Virus record (IMG/VR): IMGVR_UViG_2675903289_000014
Length of the DNA: 11,276 nucleotides
DNA from: a virus
Lineage: Duplodnaviria; Heunggongvirae; Uroviricota; Caudoviricetes
Reading direction: 5' to 3' (one strand)
Shown here: in pieces, positions 1 through 7,491 of the stretch
Position numbering within the stretch: position 1 is the first letter of the stretch
How the letters are laid out: every line of letters begins with the position of its first letter
Made by a program: the position numbers and the translations under genes
Notes under the pieces: model-generated
What the model saw: the letters and a program-made list of their open reading frames with translations, nothing else
What the model was told of the DNA's origin: nothing
The model's database searches: none

Positions 1-162
1 AAACACTATCAATAAGTTGGAGTCATTACCAAACGGTTGAAATGTATGCCGCTACTTACGGGTCCTGTAATCCTCTGAATAAACCAGAGGGAAAAGATGA
101 TTTCGACAAAATTTACCGCTTCTTGGAGGACCGCTATATCAAAAGCTTAGAGGACGCAGGGA

Positions 163-430
163 TCAAATCCCCAGTGAAGTCACCATTGTCCTGAGAACTT
201 GCAGAACGTCATGATCATAACTTCCATCCAAACCGCGACGGCGAATTGCTTCTCGTATTACCGGAAGCAGTTCGCTGGAAATCTCGGTGCATATTTCACC
301 TGATAATACGCTTGGCTCAAGTGAGAATATTGGTGAACTTACGGTCTTGGTCTCGACAGTTTCAGAGTCAGTGCCAACATTATAAAGCTCAACGAAAGCG
401 GTCTTGATTTTCCGGGCCAGATCTTTTGCT
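163..430 (-). CDS. hypothetical protein, C-terminal 88 codons visible; N-terminus lies in masked block 431-772
   Basis: Open minus-strand frame from the mask edge to a TGA stop (complement of 163-165); translation ...AKDLARKIKTAFVELYNVGTDSETVETKTVSSPIFSLEPSVLSGEICTEISSELLPVIREAIRRRGLDGSYDHDVLQVLRTMVTSLGI looks protein-like. Frame differs from the MDT start at 818, so it is a separate gene or a frameshifted continuation. No family recognised. Confidence 0.4.
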
Positions 431-772
431 NNNNNNNNNNNNNNNNNNNNNNNNNNNNNNNNNNNNNNNNNNNNNNNNNNNNNNNNNNNNNNNNNNNNNN
501 NNNNNNNNNNNNNNNNNNNNNNNNNNNNNNNNNNNNNNNNNNNNNNNNNNNNNNNNNNNNNNNNNNNNNNNNNNNNNNNNNNNNNNNNNNNNNNNNNNNN
601 NNNNNNNNNNNNNNNNNNNNNNNNNNNNNNNNNNNNNNNNNNNNNNNNNNNNNNNNNNNNNNNNNNNNNNNNNNNNNNNNNNNNNNNNNNNNNNNNNNNN
701 NNNNNNNNNNNNNNNNNNNNNNNNNNNNNNNNNNNNNNNNNNNNNNNNNNNNNNNNNNNNNNNNNNNNNNNN

Positions 773-818
773 CGCCGCACACCAGAGATTCGTTGTTGCC
801 AAGATCGATAGTATCCAT
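773..818 (-). CDS. N-terminus of small hypothetical protein (MDTIDLGNNESLV...), paralog of the 1108..1398 gene; rest masked
   Basis: ATG at complement of 816-818; the first ~13 codons are near-identical to the start of the 1108..1398 gene (MNTIDLGNNESLVYG). Length and C-terminus unknown because 431-772 is masked. Confidence 0.3.
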
Positions 819-856
819 GCTGACCTCATTTCCCCTTAACGCCGGGGTGGCGGAAC
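773..856. repeat. direct repeat, copy 1 (84 bp), about 94 percent identical to 1353-1436
   Basis: Hand alignment of cgccgcacaccagagattcgttgttgccaagatcgatagtatccatgctgacctcatttccccttaacgccggggtggcggaac against 1353-1436 gives 5 mismatches in 84 bp. The left end abuts a mask, so the repeat may extend further. Confidence 0.75.
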
Positions 857-1107
857 AAAAAACCTGCTGCNNNNNNNNNNNNNNNNNNNNNNNNNNNNNN
901 NNNNNNNNNNNNNNNNNNNNNNNNNNNNNNNNNNNNNNNNNNNNNNNNNNNNNNNNNNNNNNNNNNNNNNNNNNNNNNNNNNNNNNNNNNNNNNNNNNNN
1001 NNNNNNNNNNNNNNNNNNNNNNNNNNNNNNNNNNNNNNNNNNNNNNNNNNNNNNNNNNNNNNNNNNNNNNNNNNNNNNNCCTAAGGTGGTTCTGTCGGCG
1101 GGAATAA

Positions 1108-1398
1108 TTAACTGTTTTTGCCTGGATACTGTCTTCGAGAATGCACAATATTTACTACTTCTATGCTTGATGCTGTTACTCGGTAAAGGATGATGTNNNN
1201 NNNNNNNNNNNNNNNNNNNNNNNNNNNNNNNNNNNNNNNNNNNNNNNNNNNNNNNNNNNNNNNNNNNNNNNGACGTGCGCCAGCTTCGGTTTTAAACGTT
1301 TTGCTTTTGGTATACGTCATGGCGGTGAATGTGCCGTCCTGGTTGGGGAACACGCCGTACACCAGAGATTCGTTGTTGCCAAGATCGATAGTATTCAT
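1108..1398 (-). CDS. hypothetical small protein (96 codons including 25 masked); N-terminus MNTIDLGNNESLVYGVFPNQDGTFTAMTYTKSKTFKTEAGAR; C-terminal 28 aa ParE/RelE-like (possibly chimeric or two adjacent genes)
   Basis: ATG at complement of 1396-1398 preceded by a G-rich stretch (aaggggaaatgggg); only this minus frame is open across 1272-1398. Visible C-terminus IILYRVTASSIEVVNIVHSRRQYPGKNS, stop TAA at complement of 1108-1110. An in-frame GTG at 1452 is an alternative start. Continuity across the 75-nt mask 1197-1271 is assumed, not seen. Confidence 0.4.
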   Translation of the reverse strand: MNTIDLGNNESLVYGVFPNQDGTFTAMTYTKSKTFKTEAGARXXXXXXXXXXXXXXXXXXXXXXXXXXIILYRVTASSIEVVNIVHSRRQYPGKNS

Positions 1399-1436
1399 GT
1401 TGACCCCATTTCCCCTTAACGCCGGGGTAGCGGAAC
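1353..1436. repeat. direct repeat, copy 2 (84 bp), about 94 percent identical to 773-856
   Basis: Same hand alignment as copy 1. Covers the start codon and 5' flank of the 1108..1398 gene. Confidence 0.75.
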
Positions 1437-1601
1437 TGTTTGCTGAGAACACCGTGCGGTGTCTTGATGAATGAAATTTAGAATAACCTAAGGTGGGCGG
1501 TCAAGATTTTTGTGTAGAAAAACCTAAGTTTTTTTGATGTAAAAAACACAAGTGTTTGAAAGTTTGTGCTTTTTATTACAGGGTGTGGAGAAAAAAGGGG
1601 A

Positions 1602-1930
1602 TTATTTGTTTGCGCTTCTTTTGCGAGCTTTGAGTAGTTCTTCAAAAAGTTTGTTGAAATTTTCAACTCGAGCACGCATCTCTGACAACAGGGCCTTTTG
1701 CTCTGACTCAGGCAGTGCGTCGAACAGTTGAAGTAACTCTTTTTGATCTTCTGTCAGAATGGCTGGCTGATTATCCGGGATCGGTTCGCCTGGTTGTTTA
1801 TCTTCATCCCCAAAAAGAAGCCAAGTCGGTGAGCACTGAAGCGCTTGGCTCAGTGCGAATAATCTTTTCCCCGCCGGCTGTGTTTCATCTCTTTCCCATT
1901 GAGAAATTGTTACGTGAGCCACTTTGACCA
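1602..1930 (-). CDS. XRE/DicA-like helix-turn-helix transcriptional regulator, C-terminal 108 aa visible; N-terminus masked
   Basis: Minus frame ends TAA at complement of 1602-1604. Translation ...VAHVTISQWERDETQPAGKRLFALSQALQCSPTWLLFGDEDKQPGEPIPDNQPAILTEDQKELLQLFDALPESEQKALLSEMRARVENFNKLFEELLKARKRSANK has the second half of an XRE-type HTH (ISQWER...LSQAL) plus a C-terminal helical extension, as in DicA-type prophage repressors. Confidence 0.6.
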
Positions 1931-2734
1931 NNNNNNNNNNNNNNNNNNNNNNNNNNNNNNNNNNNNNNNNNNNNNNNNNNNNNNNNNNNNNNNNNNNNNN
2001 NNNNNNNNNNNNNNNNNNNNNNNNNNNNNNNNNNNNNNNNNNNNNNNNNNNNNNNNNNNNNNNNNNNNNNNNNNNNNNNNNNNNNNNNNNNNNNNNNNNN
2101 NNNNNNNNNNNNNNNNNNNNNNNNNNNNNNNNNNNNNNNNNNNNNNNNNNNNNNNNNNNNNNNNNNNNNNNNNNNNNNNNNNNNNNNNNNNNNNNNNNNN
2201 NNNNNNNNNNNNNNNNNNNNNNNNNNNNNNNNNNNNNNNNNNNNNNNNNNNNNNNNNNNNNNNNNNNNNNNNNNNNNNNNNNNNNNNNNNNNNNNNNNNN
2301 NNNNNNNNNNNNNNNNNNNNNNNNNNNNNNNNNNNNNNNNNNNNNNNNNNNNNNNNNNNNNNNNNNNNNNNNNNNNNNNNNNNNNNNNNNNNNNNNNNNN
2401 NNNNNNNNNNNNNNNNNNNNNNNNNNNNNNNNNNNNNNNNNNNNNNNNNNNNNNNNNNNNNNNNNNNNNNNNNNNNNNNNNNNNNNNNNNNNNNNNNNNN
2501 NNNNNNNNNNNNNNNNNNNNNNNNNNNNNNNNNNNNNNNNNNNNNNNNNNNNNNNNNNNNNNNNNNNNNNNNNNNNNNNNNNNNNNNNNNNNNNNNNNNN
2601 NNNNNNNNNNNNNNNNNNNNNNNNNNNNNNNNNNNNNNNNNNNNNNNNNNNNNNNNNNNNNNNNNNNNNNNNNNNNNNNNNNNNNNNNNNNNNNNNNNNN
2701 NNNNNNNNNNNNNNNNNNNNNNNNNNNNNNNNNN

Positions 2735-2775
2735 AAATCATCACGAGCAGATGGTAGCCATAAAACGGGTAACAT
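2735..2775 (-). CDS. parE: ParE-family toxin, N-terminal 13 codons visible (MLPVLWLPSARDD...); remainder masked
   Basis: ATG at complement of 2773-2775 overlaps the upstream antitoxin stop (TAATG), the classic toxin-antitoxin coupling. The N-terminal peptide fits the ParE/RelE N-terminal pattern. Gene length cannot be seen. Confidence 0.4.
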
Positions 2776-2969
2776 TATTCACCTCTGTGAGTTGCAGCAG
2801 CAATTTGGGCAATAATTTGTTCCATTTCCGCCATTACCTCATCATGCGGAATCGCCGGGCGGGGATCCGCGAGGCTTGCTGCTACTTTGGCCCGCAGCCA
2901 TTCGTTGTAACTATTTTCTTGCTCAACTGTCTCAAATTCTGAAACCATTGGGGAAAGGACTGTACTCAT
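2775..2969 (-). CDS. paaA: small PaaA-like antitoxin of a ParE-type three-component toxin-antitoxin system (64 aa)
   Basis: ATG at complement of 2967-2969 with SD GGAG about 9 nt upstream; stop TAA at complement of 2775-2777. Product MSTVLSPMVSEFETVEQENSYNEWLRAKVAASLADPRPAIPHDEVMAEMEQIIAQIAAATHRGE. It sits between the cI-like repressor and a ParE-like start, the organisation described for paaR-paaA-parE in E. coli O157 cryptic prophages. Identity to PaaA2 is from memory, not verified. Confidence 0.55.
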   Translation of the reverse strand: MSTVLSPMVSEFETVEQENSYNEWLRAKVAASLADPRPAIPHDEVMAEMEQIIAQIAAATHRGE

Positions 2970-2988
2970 TTTACATATCTCCTCTGAT

Positions 2989-3489
2989 TTAGGCGCGACG
3001 GCCTTTTTGTGCAGCTAACCACCGCGCAACCGTACGATCCATTGATTCTTTTTTATCTTTCATCTCCTGAAGCATGTGTTCTTGATCTTCTTTCGGAAAA
3101 GCTCTGAACGTATGGATTAAATCTCGTTCCATCGGCTCTACGGCAAACGGTAGTTCATCCTCTGTTTGTTCTGTGTCTGCTGGTAATGCGACTATGTTAT
3201 CTTGCTGTGGTTCTCGACAATACATCCTTGCAATTTGCAGCAAATCTACCATGTCTGGCCTGATTGACTCAGGGGGAACTTTCAGTAAGCCAGCAAACTT
3301 TAGAACAGCCTCAAGGTTTAGTGGGGTTTGACCATTTAGGTAGTGACTTACCGCCCCTTGTGTTGAAAACCCCATAATTTCCGCCGCACGTTCCTGAGTC
3401 AATCCCAACTGAGATTTCTTTGCCATCCAGATTTCTTTCAGTCTTCTGGCGGCGTTGAGGTCGGTGTCTGACAATGATTTTCTTTTCAT
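2989..3489 (-). CDS. paaR: lambda cI-like HTH repressor lacking a LexA-type S24 peptidase domain (166 aa); PaaR-like
   Basis: ATG at complement of 3487-3489 (alternative GTG at 3519); stop TAA at complement of 2989-2991. The N-terminus SDTDLNAARRLKEIWMAKKSQLGLTQERAAEIMGFSTQGAVSHYLNGQTPLNLEAVLKFAGLLKVPPESI parallels the lambda cI DNA-binding domain. The C-terminus is short and acidic with no Ser/Lys peptidase motifs. It is divergent from the Cro-like gene. Confidence 0.6.
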   Translation of the reverse strand: MKRKSLSDTDLNAARRLKEIWMAKKSQLGLTQERAAEIMGFSTQGAVSHYLNGQTPLNLEAVLKFAGLLKVPPESIRPDMVDLLQIARMYCREPQQDNIVALPADTEQTEDELPFAVEPMERDLIHTFRAFPKEDQEHMLQEMKDKKESMDRTVARWLAAQKGRRA

Positions 3490-3600
3490 ACATCCAATTC
3501 TAATAAGATTGCTAATCACTTTGAAATAGTATCACTATTTACTTTTAAAAATAACAGTGCTATTAATTATGCATTGGTAACACATCACATAGGGCGGATT
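3490..3600. promoter_or_regulatory. divergent promoter/operator region of the immunity switch
   Basis: AT-rich 111-bp spacer between divergent repressor and Cro-like genes. Contains the 15-bp palindrome aatagtatcactatt (3525-3539, perfect 6-bp arms) and TATCAC-type half-sites (aatcact 3514-3520, tatcact 3530-3536, catcaca 3583-3589). Candidate rightward promoter: -35 tttact 3538-3543, 17-bp spacer, -10 tattaa 3561-3566. Candidate leftward promoter: -35 TTCAAA (complement of 3520-3525) and -10 TAGAAT (complement of 3497-3502), only about 8 nt from the repressor ATG. Confidence 0.5.
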
Positions 3601-3864
3601 ATGAATCTTGGAGAATATTTGCATCATTTTCATATAACCCAGAGTTCATTTGCTGAGATTGTTGGCGCATCCCAAGGGATGGTCAGCCACGTTATAACGG
3701 GGCGTGCAAAACTTACAGGAGAAAAAATATTACGTTGGTGTGAAGCAACGGGATGGGTGGTGACCCCACATGAGATTGACAGTAAAACCTACCCCAACCC
3801 AACTGACGGCTTGCCTGCTGAGTTTCAGGCTAACACACAACCATCGGCGGGGGTTGATTCATGA
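3601..3864 (+). CDS. ydaS: Cro-like HTH protein (YdaS family), 87 aa
   Basis: ATG 3601 with SD agggcgg at 3591-3597; stop TGA 3862-3864. Product MNLGEYLHHFHITQSSFAEIVGASQGMVSHVITGRAKLTGEKILRWCEATGW... has an XRE-type HTH. Position and orientation match cro. A TTG at 3574 is an alternative start. Confidence 0.6.
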   Translation: MNLGEYLHHFHITQSSFAEIVGASQGMVSHVITGRAKLTGEKILRWCEATGWVVTPHEIDSKTYPNPTDGLPAEFQANTQPSAGVDS

Positions 3865-4286
3865 AAATCAAGCATGAACACATCCGCATGGCGATGAAAG
3901 CCTGGGCGCATCCGGACGGTGAAAAAGTTCCGGCAGCTGAAATAACCAGGGTTTATTTCGAACTGGGAATGACGTTTCCGGTTCTGCATAACGACAGCAA
4001 GCACAACACGCTTTATCTCAACACCCAAAAGATTTTCCGTTGGCTGGATAAAGACACCCCTGACGCTGTTGAAAAAATTCAGGCGTTGTTACCTGCGATC
4101 GAAAGGGCAATGCCACCTCCGCTGGTGGCTCGAATGCGCAGCCACAGTTCAGCTTATTTTCGGGAACTGGTGGAGACGCATGAACGACTGGTGAGAGACG
4201 CTGATGATTTTGTCGCAGTGGCAATCGCCGGTTTCAATCAGATGAACCGTGGTGGCCCGGCAGGAAATGCTGTGGCAGTACATTGA
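3861..4286 (+). CDS. ydaT: YdaT-family protein (CII-like functional position), 141 aa
   Basis: ATG 3861 overlaps the Cro-like stop (ATGA) with a G-run SD upstream; stop TGA 4284-4286. The N-terminus MKIKHEHI... and the position directly after ydaS match Rac/CP-933P YdaT as I recall it. Confidence 0.65.
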   Translation: MKIKHEHIRMAMKAWAHPDGEKVPAAEITRVYFELGMTFPVLHNDSKHNTLYLNTQKIFRWLDKDTPDAVEKIQALLPAIERAMPPPLVARMRSHSSAYFRELVETHERLVRDADDFVAVAIAGFNQMNRGGPAGNAVAVH

Positions 4287-4357
4287 CTGACAATAGCCAT
4301 ATCGAATCGCTCCCGGCAACTCGTGAGTAAAAAGATTCGGTATCAGAAGAGGTGAGT

Positions 4358-4681
4358 ATGGCTAACGCCTGGCTCAGATTATGGCATGACATGCCAAATG
4401 ACCCTAAGTGGCGAACAATTGCCAGGGTGTCAGGGCAGCCAATTGCAACAGTGATGGCAGTGTATATCCACCTCCTGGTGAGCGCGTCACGAAATGTCAC
4501 GCGAGGTCACATTGATGTCACGACAGAAGATTTGGCAAGTGCGCTCGACGTGACAGAAGAGGTAATTGATTCAATTTTGCAGACGATGCAGGGGCGGGTA
4601 CTTGATGGTGATTTAATCACTGGATGGGAAAAACGCCAGGTGCTTAAAGAGGACAACGGCAATATTTCGCAAACCGCAAAA
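4358..4681 (+). CDS. ydaU: YdaU-like (DUF1376) phage replication protein, N-terminal 108 aa visible; remainder masked
   Basis: ATG 4358 with SD GAGG at 4349-4352. Product MANAWLRLWHDMPNDPKWRTIARVSGQPIATVMAVYIHLLVSASRNVTRGHIDVTTEDLASALDV... The gene runs into the mask at 4682. Confidence 0.6.
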
Positions 4682-6138
4682 NNNNNNNNNNNNNNNNNNN
4701 NNNNNNNNNNNNNNNNNNNNNNNNNNNNNNNNNNNNNNNNNNNNNNNNNNNNNNNNNNNNNNNNNNNNNNNNNNNNNNNNNNNNNNNNNNNNNNNNNNNN
4801 NNNNNNNNNNNNNNNNNNNNNNNNNNNNNNNNNNNNNNNNNNNNNNNNNNNNNNNNNNNNNNNNNNNNNNNNNNNNNNNNNNNNNNNNNNNNNNNNNNNN
4901 NNNNNNNNNNNNNNNNNNNNNNNNNNNNNNNNNNNNNNNNNNNNNNNNNNNNNNNNNNNNNNNNNNNNNNNNNNNNNNNNNNNNNNNNNNNNNNNNNNNN
5001 NNNNNNNNNNNNNNNNNNNNNNNNNNNNNNNNNNNNNNNNNNNNNNNNNNNNNNNNNNNNNNNNNNNNNNNNNNNNNNNNNNNNNNNNNNNNNNNNNNNN
5101 NNNNNNNNNNNNNNNNNNNNNNNNNNNNNNNNNNNNNNNNNNNNNNNNNNNNNNNNNNNNNNNNNNNNNNNNNNNNNNNNNNNNNNNNNNNNNNNNNNNN
5201 NNNNNNNNNNNNNNNNNNNNNNNNNNNNNNNNNNNNNNNNNNNNNNNNNNNNNNNGTGTGNNNNNNNNNNNNNNNNNNNNNNNNNNNNNNNNNNNNNNNN
5301 NNNNNNNNNNNNNNNNNNNNNNNNNNNNNNNNNNNNNNNNNNNNNNNNNNNNNNNNNNNNNNNNNNNNNNNNNNNNNNNNNNNNNNNNNNNNNNNNNNNN
5401 NNNNNNNNNNNNNNNNNNNNNNNNNNNNNNNNNNNNNNNNNNNNNNNNNNNNNNNNNNNNNNNNNNNNNNNNNNNNNNNNNNNNNNNNNNNNNNNNNNNN
5501 NNNNNNNNNNNNNNNNNNNNNNNNNNNNNNNNNNNNNNNNNNNNNNNNNNNNNNNNNNNNNNNNNNNNNNNNNNNNNNNNNNNNNNNNNNNNNNNNNNNN
5601 NNNNNNNNNNNNNNNNNNNNNNNNNNNNNNNNNNNNNNNNNNNNNNNNNNNNNNNNNNNNNNNNNNNNNNNNNNNNNNNNNNNNNNNNNNNNNNNNNNNN
5701 NNNNNNNNNNNNNNNNNNNNNNNNNNNNNNNNNNNNNNNNNNNNNNNNNNNNNNNNNNNNNNNNNNNNNNNNNNNNNNNNNNNNNNNNNCGACGGGCAAA
5801 AATACGCGCTGAGCCNNNNNNNNNNNNNNNNNNNNNNNNNNNNNNNNNNNNNNNNNNNNNNNNNNNNNNNNNNNNNNNNNNNNNNNNNNNNNNNNNNNNN
5901 NNNNNNNNNNNNNNNNNNNNNNNNNNNNNNNNNNNNNNNNNNNNNNNNNNNNNNNNNNNNNNNNNNNNNNNNNNNNNNNNNNNNNNNNNNNNNNNNNNNN
6001 NNNNNNNNNNNNNNNNNNNNNNNNNNNNNNNNNNNNNNNNNNNNNNNNNNNNNNNNNNNNNNNNNNNNNNNNNNNNNNNNNNNNNNNNNNNNNNNNNNNN
6101 NNNNNNNNNNNNNNNNNNNNNNNNNNNNNNNNNNNNNN

Positions 6139-6237
6139 AACAAACCTGAATCATGCCGCAATGAGCACGCTTCTTGGTGAGAGGATTATGGACCGCATGA
6201 CCATGAACGGTTGTCGGTGGGTGACGTTTAACTGGGA
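6139..6237 (+). CDS. possible C-terminal fragment of a replication gene (DnaC/YdaV-like helicase-loader tail); flanked by masks
   Basis: One plus frame is open across the whole unmasked island and reads ...NLNHAAMSTLLGERIMDRMTMNGCRWVTFNW. The LGER...FNW pattern resembles the C-terminal tail of DnaC/IstB-type loaders, and the position after ydaU fits ydaV in Rac. Weak evidence from a 33-codon island. Confidence 0.3.
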
Positions 6238-6327
6238 NNNNNNNNNNNNNNNNNNNNNNNNNNNNNNNNNNNNNNNNNNNNNNNNNNNNCGGGAGTTGTG
6301 AAGTAATTTTTGTTGGAGGATGTTTTA

Positions 6328-7053
6328 ATGGAAACTGTATTTGACGCACTGAAAGCACTGAAAAGAGCCTCTTCACATGTGGTGGCGTCCCGCCTTGGAA
6401 TCAGCCGTGAAGATGCGGTCAACGAACTGTGGAAACTGAAGCGCCGTGGTGAAGCGGATAACAAGGGTTCGATGTGGTGGCTGATTCAGGCTGGTGAAAG
6501 TGAACCAGTGTCACCGGTACCGAAAGTGACAGCGCAAATGCTGACTGAGGCGATTGAACAACATGGCCCACAAACGGCGGATGAGCTGGCACTGATGTTC
6601 GGGATTACCTCCCGCCGGGCGAATTCATCGCTGGCCATGGCAATCAGCAAAGGGCGTCTGATTCGCGTGAATCAGGGCGGTAAATTTCGGTACTGCATAC
6701 CGGGCGCTGATTTACCGGCAGAGCCGAAAGCCGCATCCATAGCGGAAACGGATGGTAAAGTCTTTCCTCAGCCAGCAGGTGTTGCGTTACCGGTACAGGA
6801 AGCTGCAACACAGGAAGAAATTAAAACAGAAACTGTGGCGGACATTGTGCAGTCGTTGCCATCGTTCACCGAAACGCAAGCGGATGACCTGGTTTTACCA
6901 TCGCTGCATATGGCAAACCGCGAACTGCGTCGGGCGAAAAGTCATGTCCAGAAGTGGGAGCGTGTCTGCGCCGCGTTGCGGGAGCTGAACAAGCACCGGG
7001 ATATTGTTCGACAGATTGTCGATTCCTCCGGTCGTATTGTGTCGGAAAAGTGA
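6328..7053 (+). CDS. uncharacterised protein with two tandem winged-helix-like repeats, a Pro/Ala/Glu/Thr-rich linker and a basic C-terminal helix (241 aa); possibly YdaW/DUF1627-like
   Basis: ATG 6328 with strong SD GGAGGA (6316-6321); stop TGA 7051-7053. Internal repeats [26 protein letters not shown] and [29 protein letters not shown]. Fully unmasked clean ORF. Confidence 0.7.
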   Translation: METVFDALKALKRASSHVVASRLGISREDAVNELWKLKRRGEADNKGSMWWLIQAGESEPVSPVPKVTAQMLTEAIEQHGPQTADELALMFGITSRRANSSLAMAISKGRLIRVNQGGKFRYCIPGADLPAEPKAASIAETDGKVFPQPAGVALPVQEAATQEEIKTETVADIVQSLPSFTETQADDLVLPSLHMANRELRRAKSHVQKWERVCAALRELNKHRDIVRQIVDSSGRIVSEK

Positions 7054-7068
7054 TTGCCGGGGGCGCTT

Positions 7069-7491
7069 ATGGCAAAAGTATTTACACAGGAAGAGCGGGA
7101 AAAAATTAAGGGGCAGGTTGTTGAACTCGTACGCCAGAGTGGGCGCGAGACGTTACGACAACTGGAAGCTAAAACCGGGGCGACAAGATATTTAATAAGC
7201 GTTCTCGCCAGAGAGCTGGTTGCCAGTGGGGATGTATACAACTCTGGCTACGGGTTATTCCCGTCTGAACAGGCTCGTAAGGACTGGCAAAACGCCCGCA
7301 AAAAACTCTCGAGGGCAAAGCTGAAGAAACCATCTGTGGTTGATCCGGACCTTATCTGGTCATTACCGGACGGAGAAATACGCCGCTACGACAGACATCA
7401 GAACATAATCTGTCGCGAGTGCCGGAAGAGTGAAGTTATGCAGCGTGTACCGGCTTTCTATCAGGGTGATTTTCAGGAGGCGGTACTGTGA
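7069..7491 (+). CDS. uncharacterised small protein with wH-like N-terminal motif and basic C-terminus (140 aa)
   Basis: ATG 7069 is 15 nt after the previous stop, with a G-run upstream; stop TGA 7489-7491. Motif LRQLEAKTGATRYLISVLARELVASGDV resembles the repeats in the preceding protein. A TTG at 7054 is an alternative start. Confidence 0.6.
   Translation: MAKVFTQEEREKIKGQVVELVRQSGRETLRQLEAKTGATRYLISVLARELVASGDVYNSGYGLFPSEQARKDWQNARKKLSRAKLKKPSVVDPDLIWSLPDGEIRRYDRHQNIICRECRKSEVMQRVPAFYQGDFQEAVL

Noticed and set aside
339-1148. 269-aa minus ORF joining the MDT start to downstream sequence, plus other ORFs (389..829 minus, 404..811 plus, 426..839 plus, 793..1107 plus) through masks 431-772 and 871-1079
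   Set aside because: Continuity depends entirely on masked sequence, and the visible tail (QKIWPGKSRPLSLSF...) is not protein-like. The plus-strand frames over the 84-bp repeat are also open, but the minus frame has the ATG and ribosome-binding signal.
1541-1568. Hairpin followed by a T-run downstream of the DicA-like gene as a rho-independent terminator
   Set aside because: The stem is almost entirely A-U (cacaa/ttgtg plus A:U extensions) with a 12-nt loop, too weak to call an intrinsic terminator with confidence.
1602-2942. Long ORFs in the track spanning masked block 1931-2734 (1602..2744 minus 380 aa, 1885..2775 minus 296 aa, 1899..2942 plus 347 aa, 1924..2757 plus)
   Set aside because: Their length comes from Ns translated as X (no stops possible). 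Only the unmasked ends were used: the DicA-like C-terminus and the ParE-like N-terminus.
3311-4500. Short ORFs 3311..3493 minus, 3825..4028 minus, 4018..4224 minus, 4234..4500 minus
   Set aside because: They overlap the better-supported repressor, ydaS, ydaT and ydaU genes in other frames or strands, with no SD and low-complexity or odd composition.
4507-6376. Very long minus-strand ORFs (430, 505 and 587 aa) and plus ORFs 4352..5812 and 5256..6149 across the 4682-6138 masks
   Set aside because: Artefacts of N-runs. Only the unmasked YdaU-like N-terminus (4358-4681) and the 6139-6237 island carry real information.
6752-7241. Alternative-frame ORFs inside and antisense to the first trio gene (6752..6988 plus, 7004..7195 plus, 6942..7241 minus), highly basic or Ser-rich
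   Set aside because: Shadow frames of a GC-rich coding region with no initiation signals; treated as non-coding.
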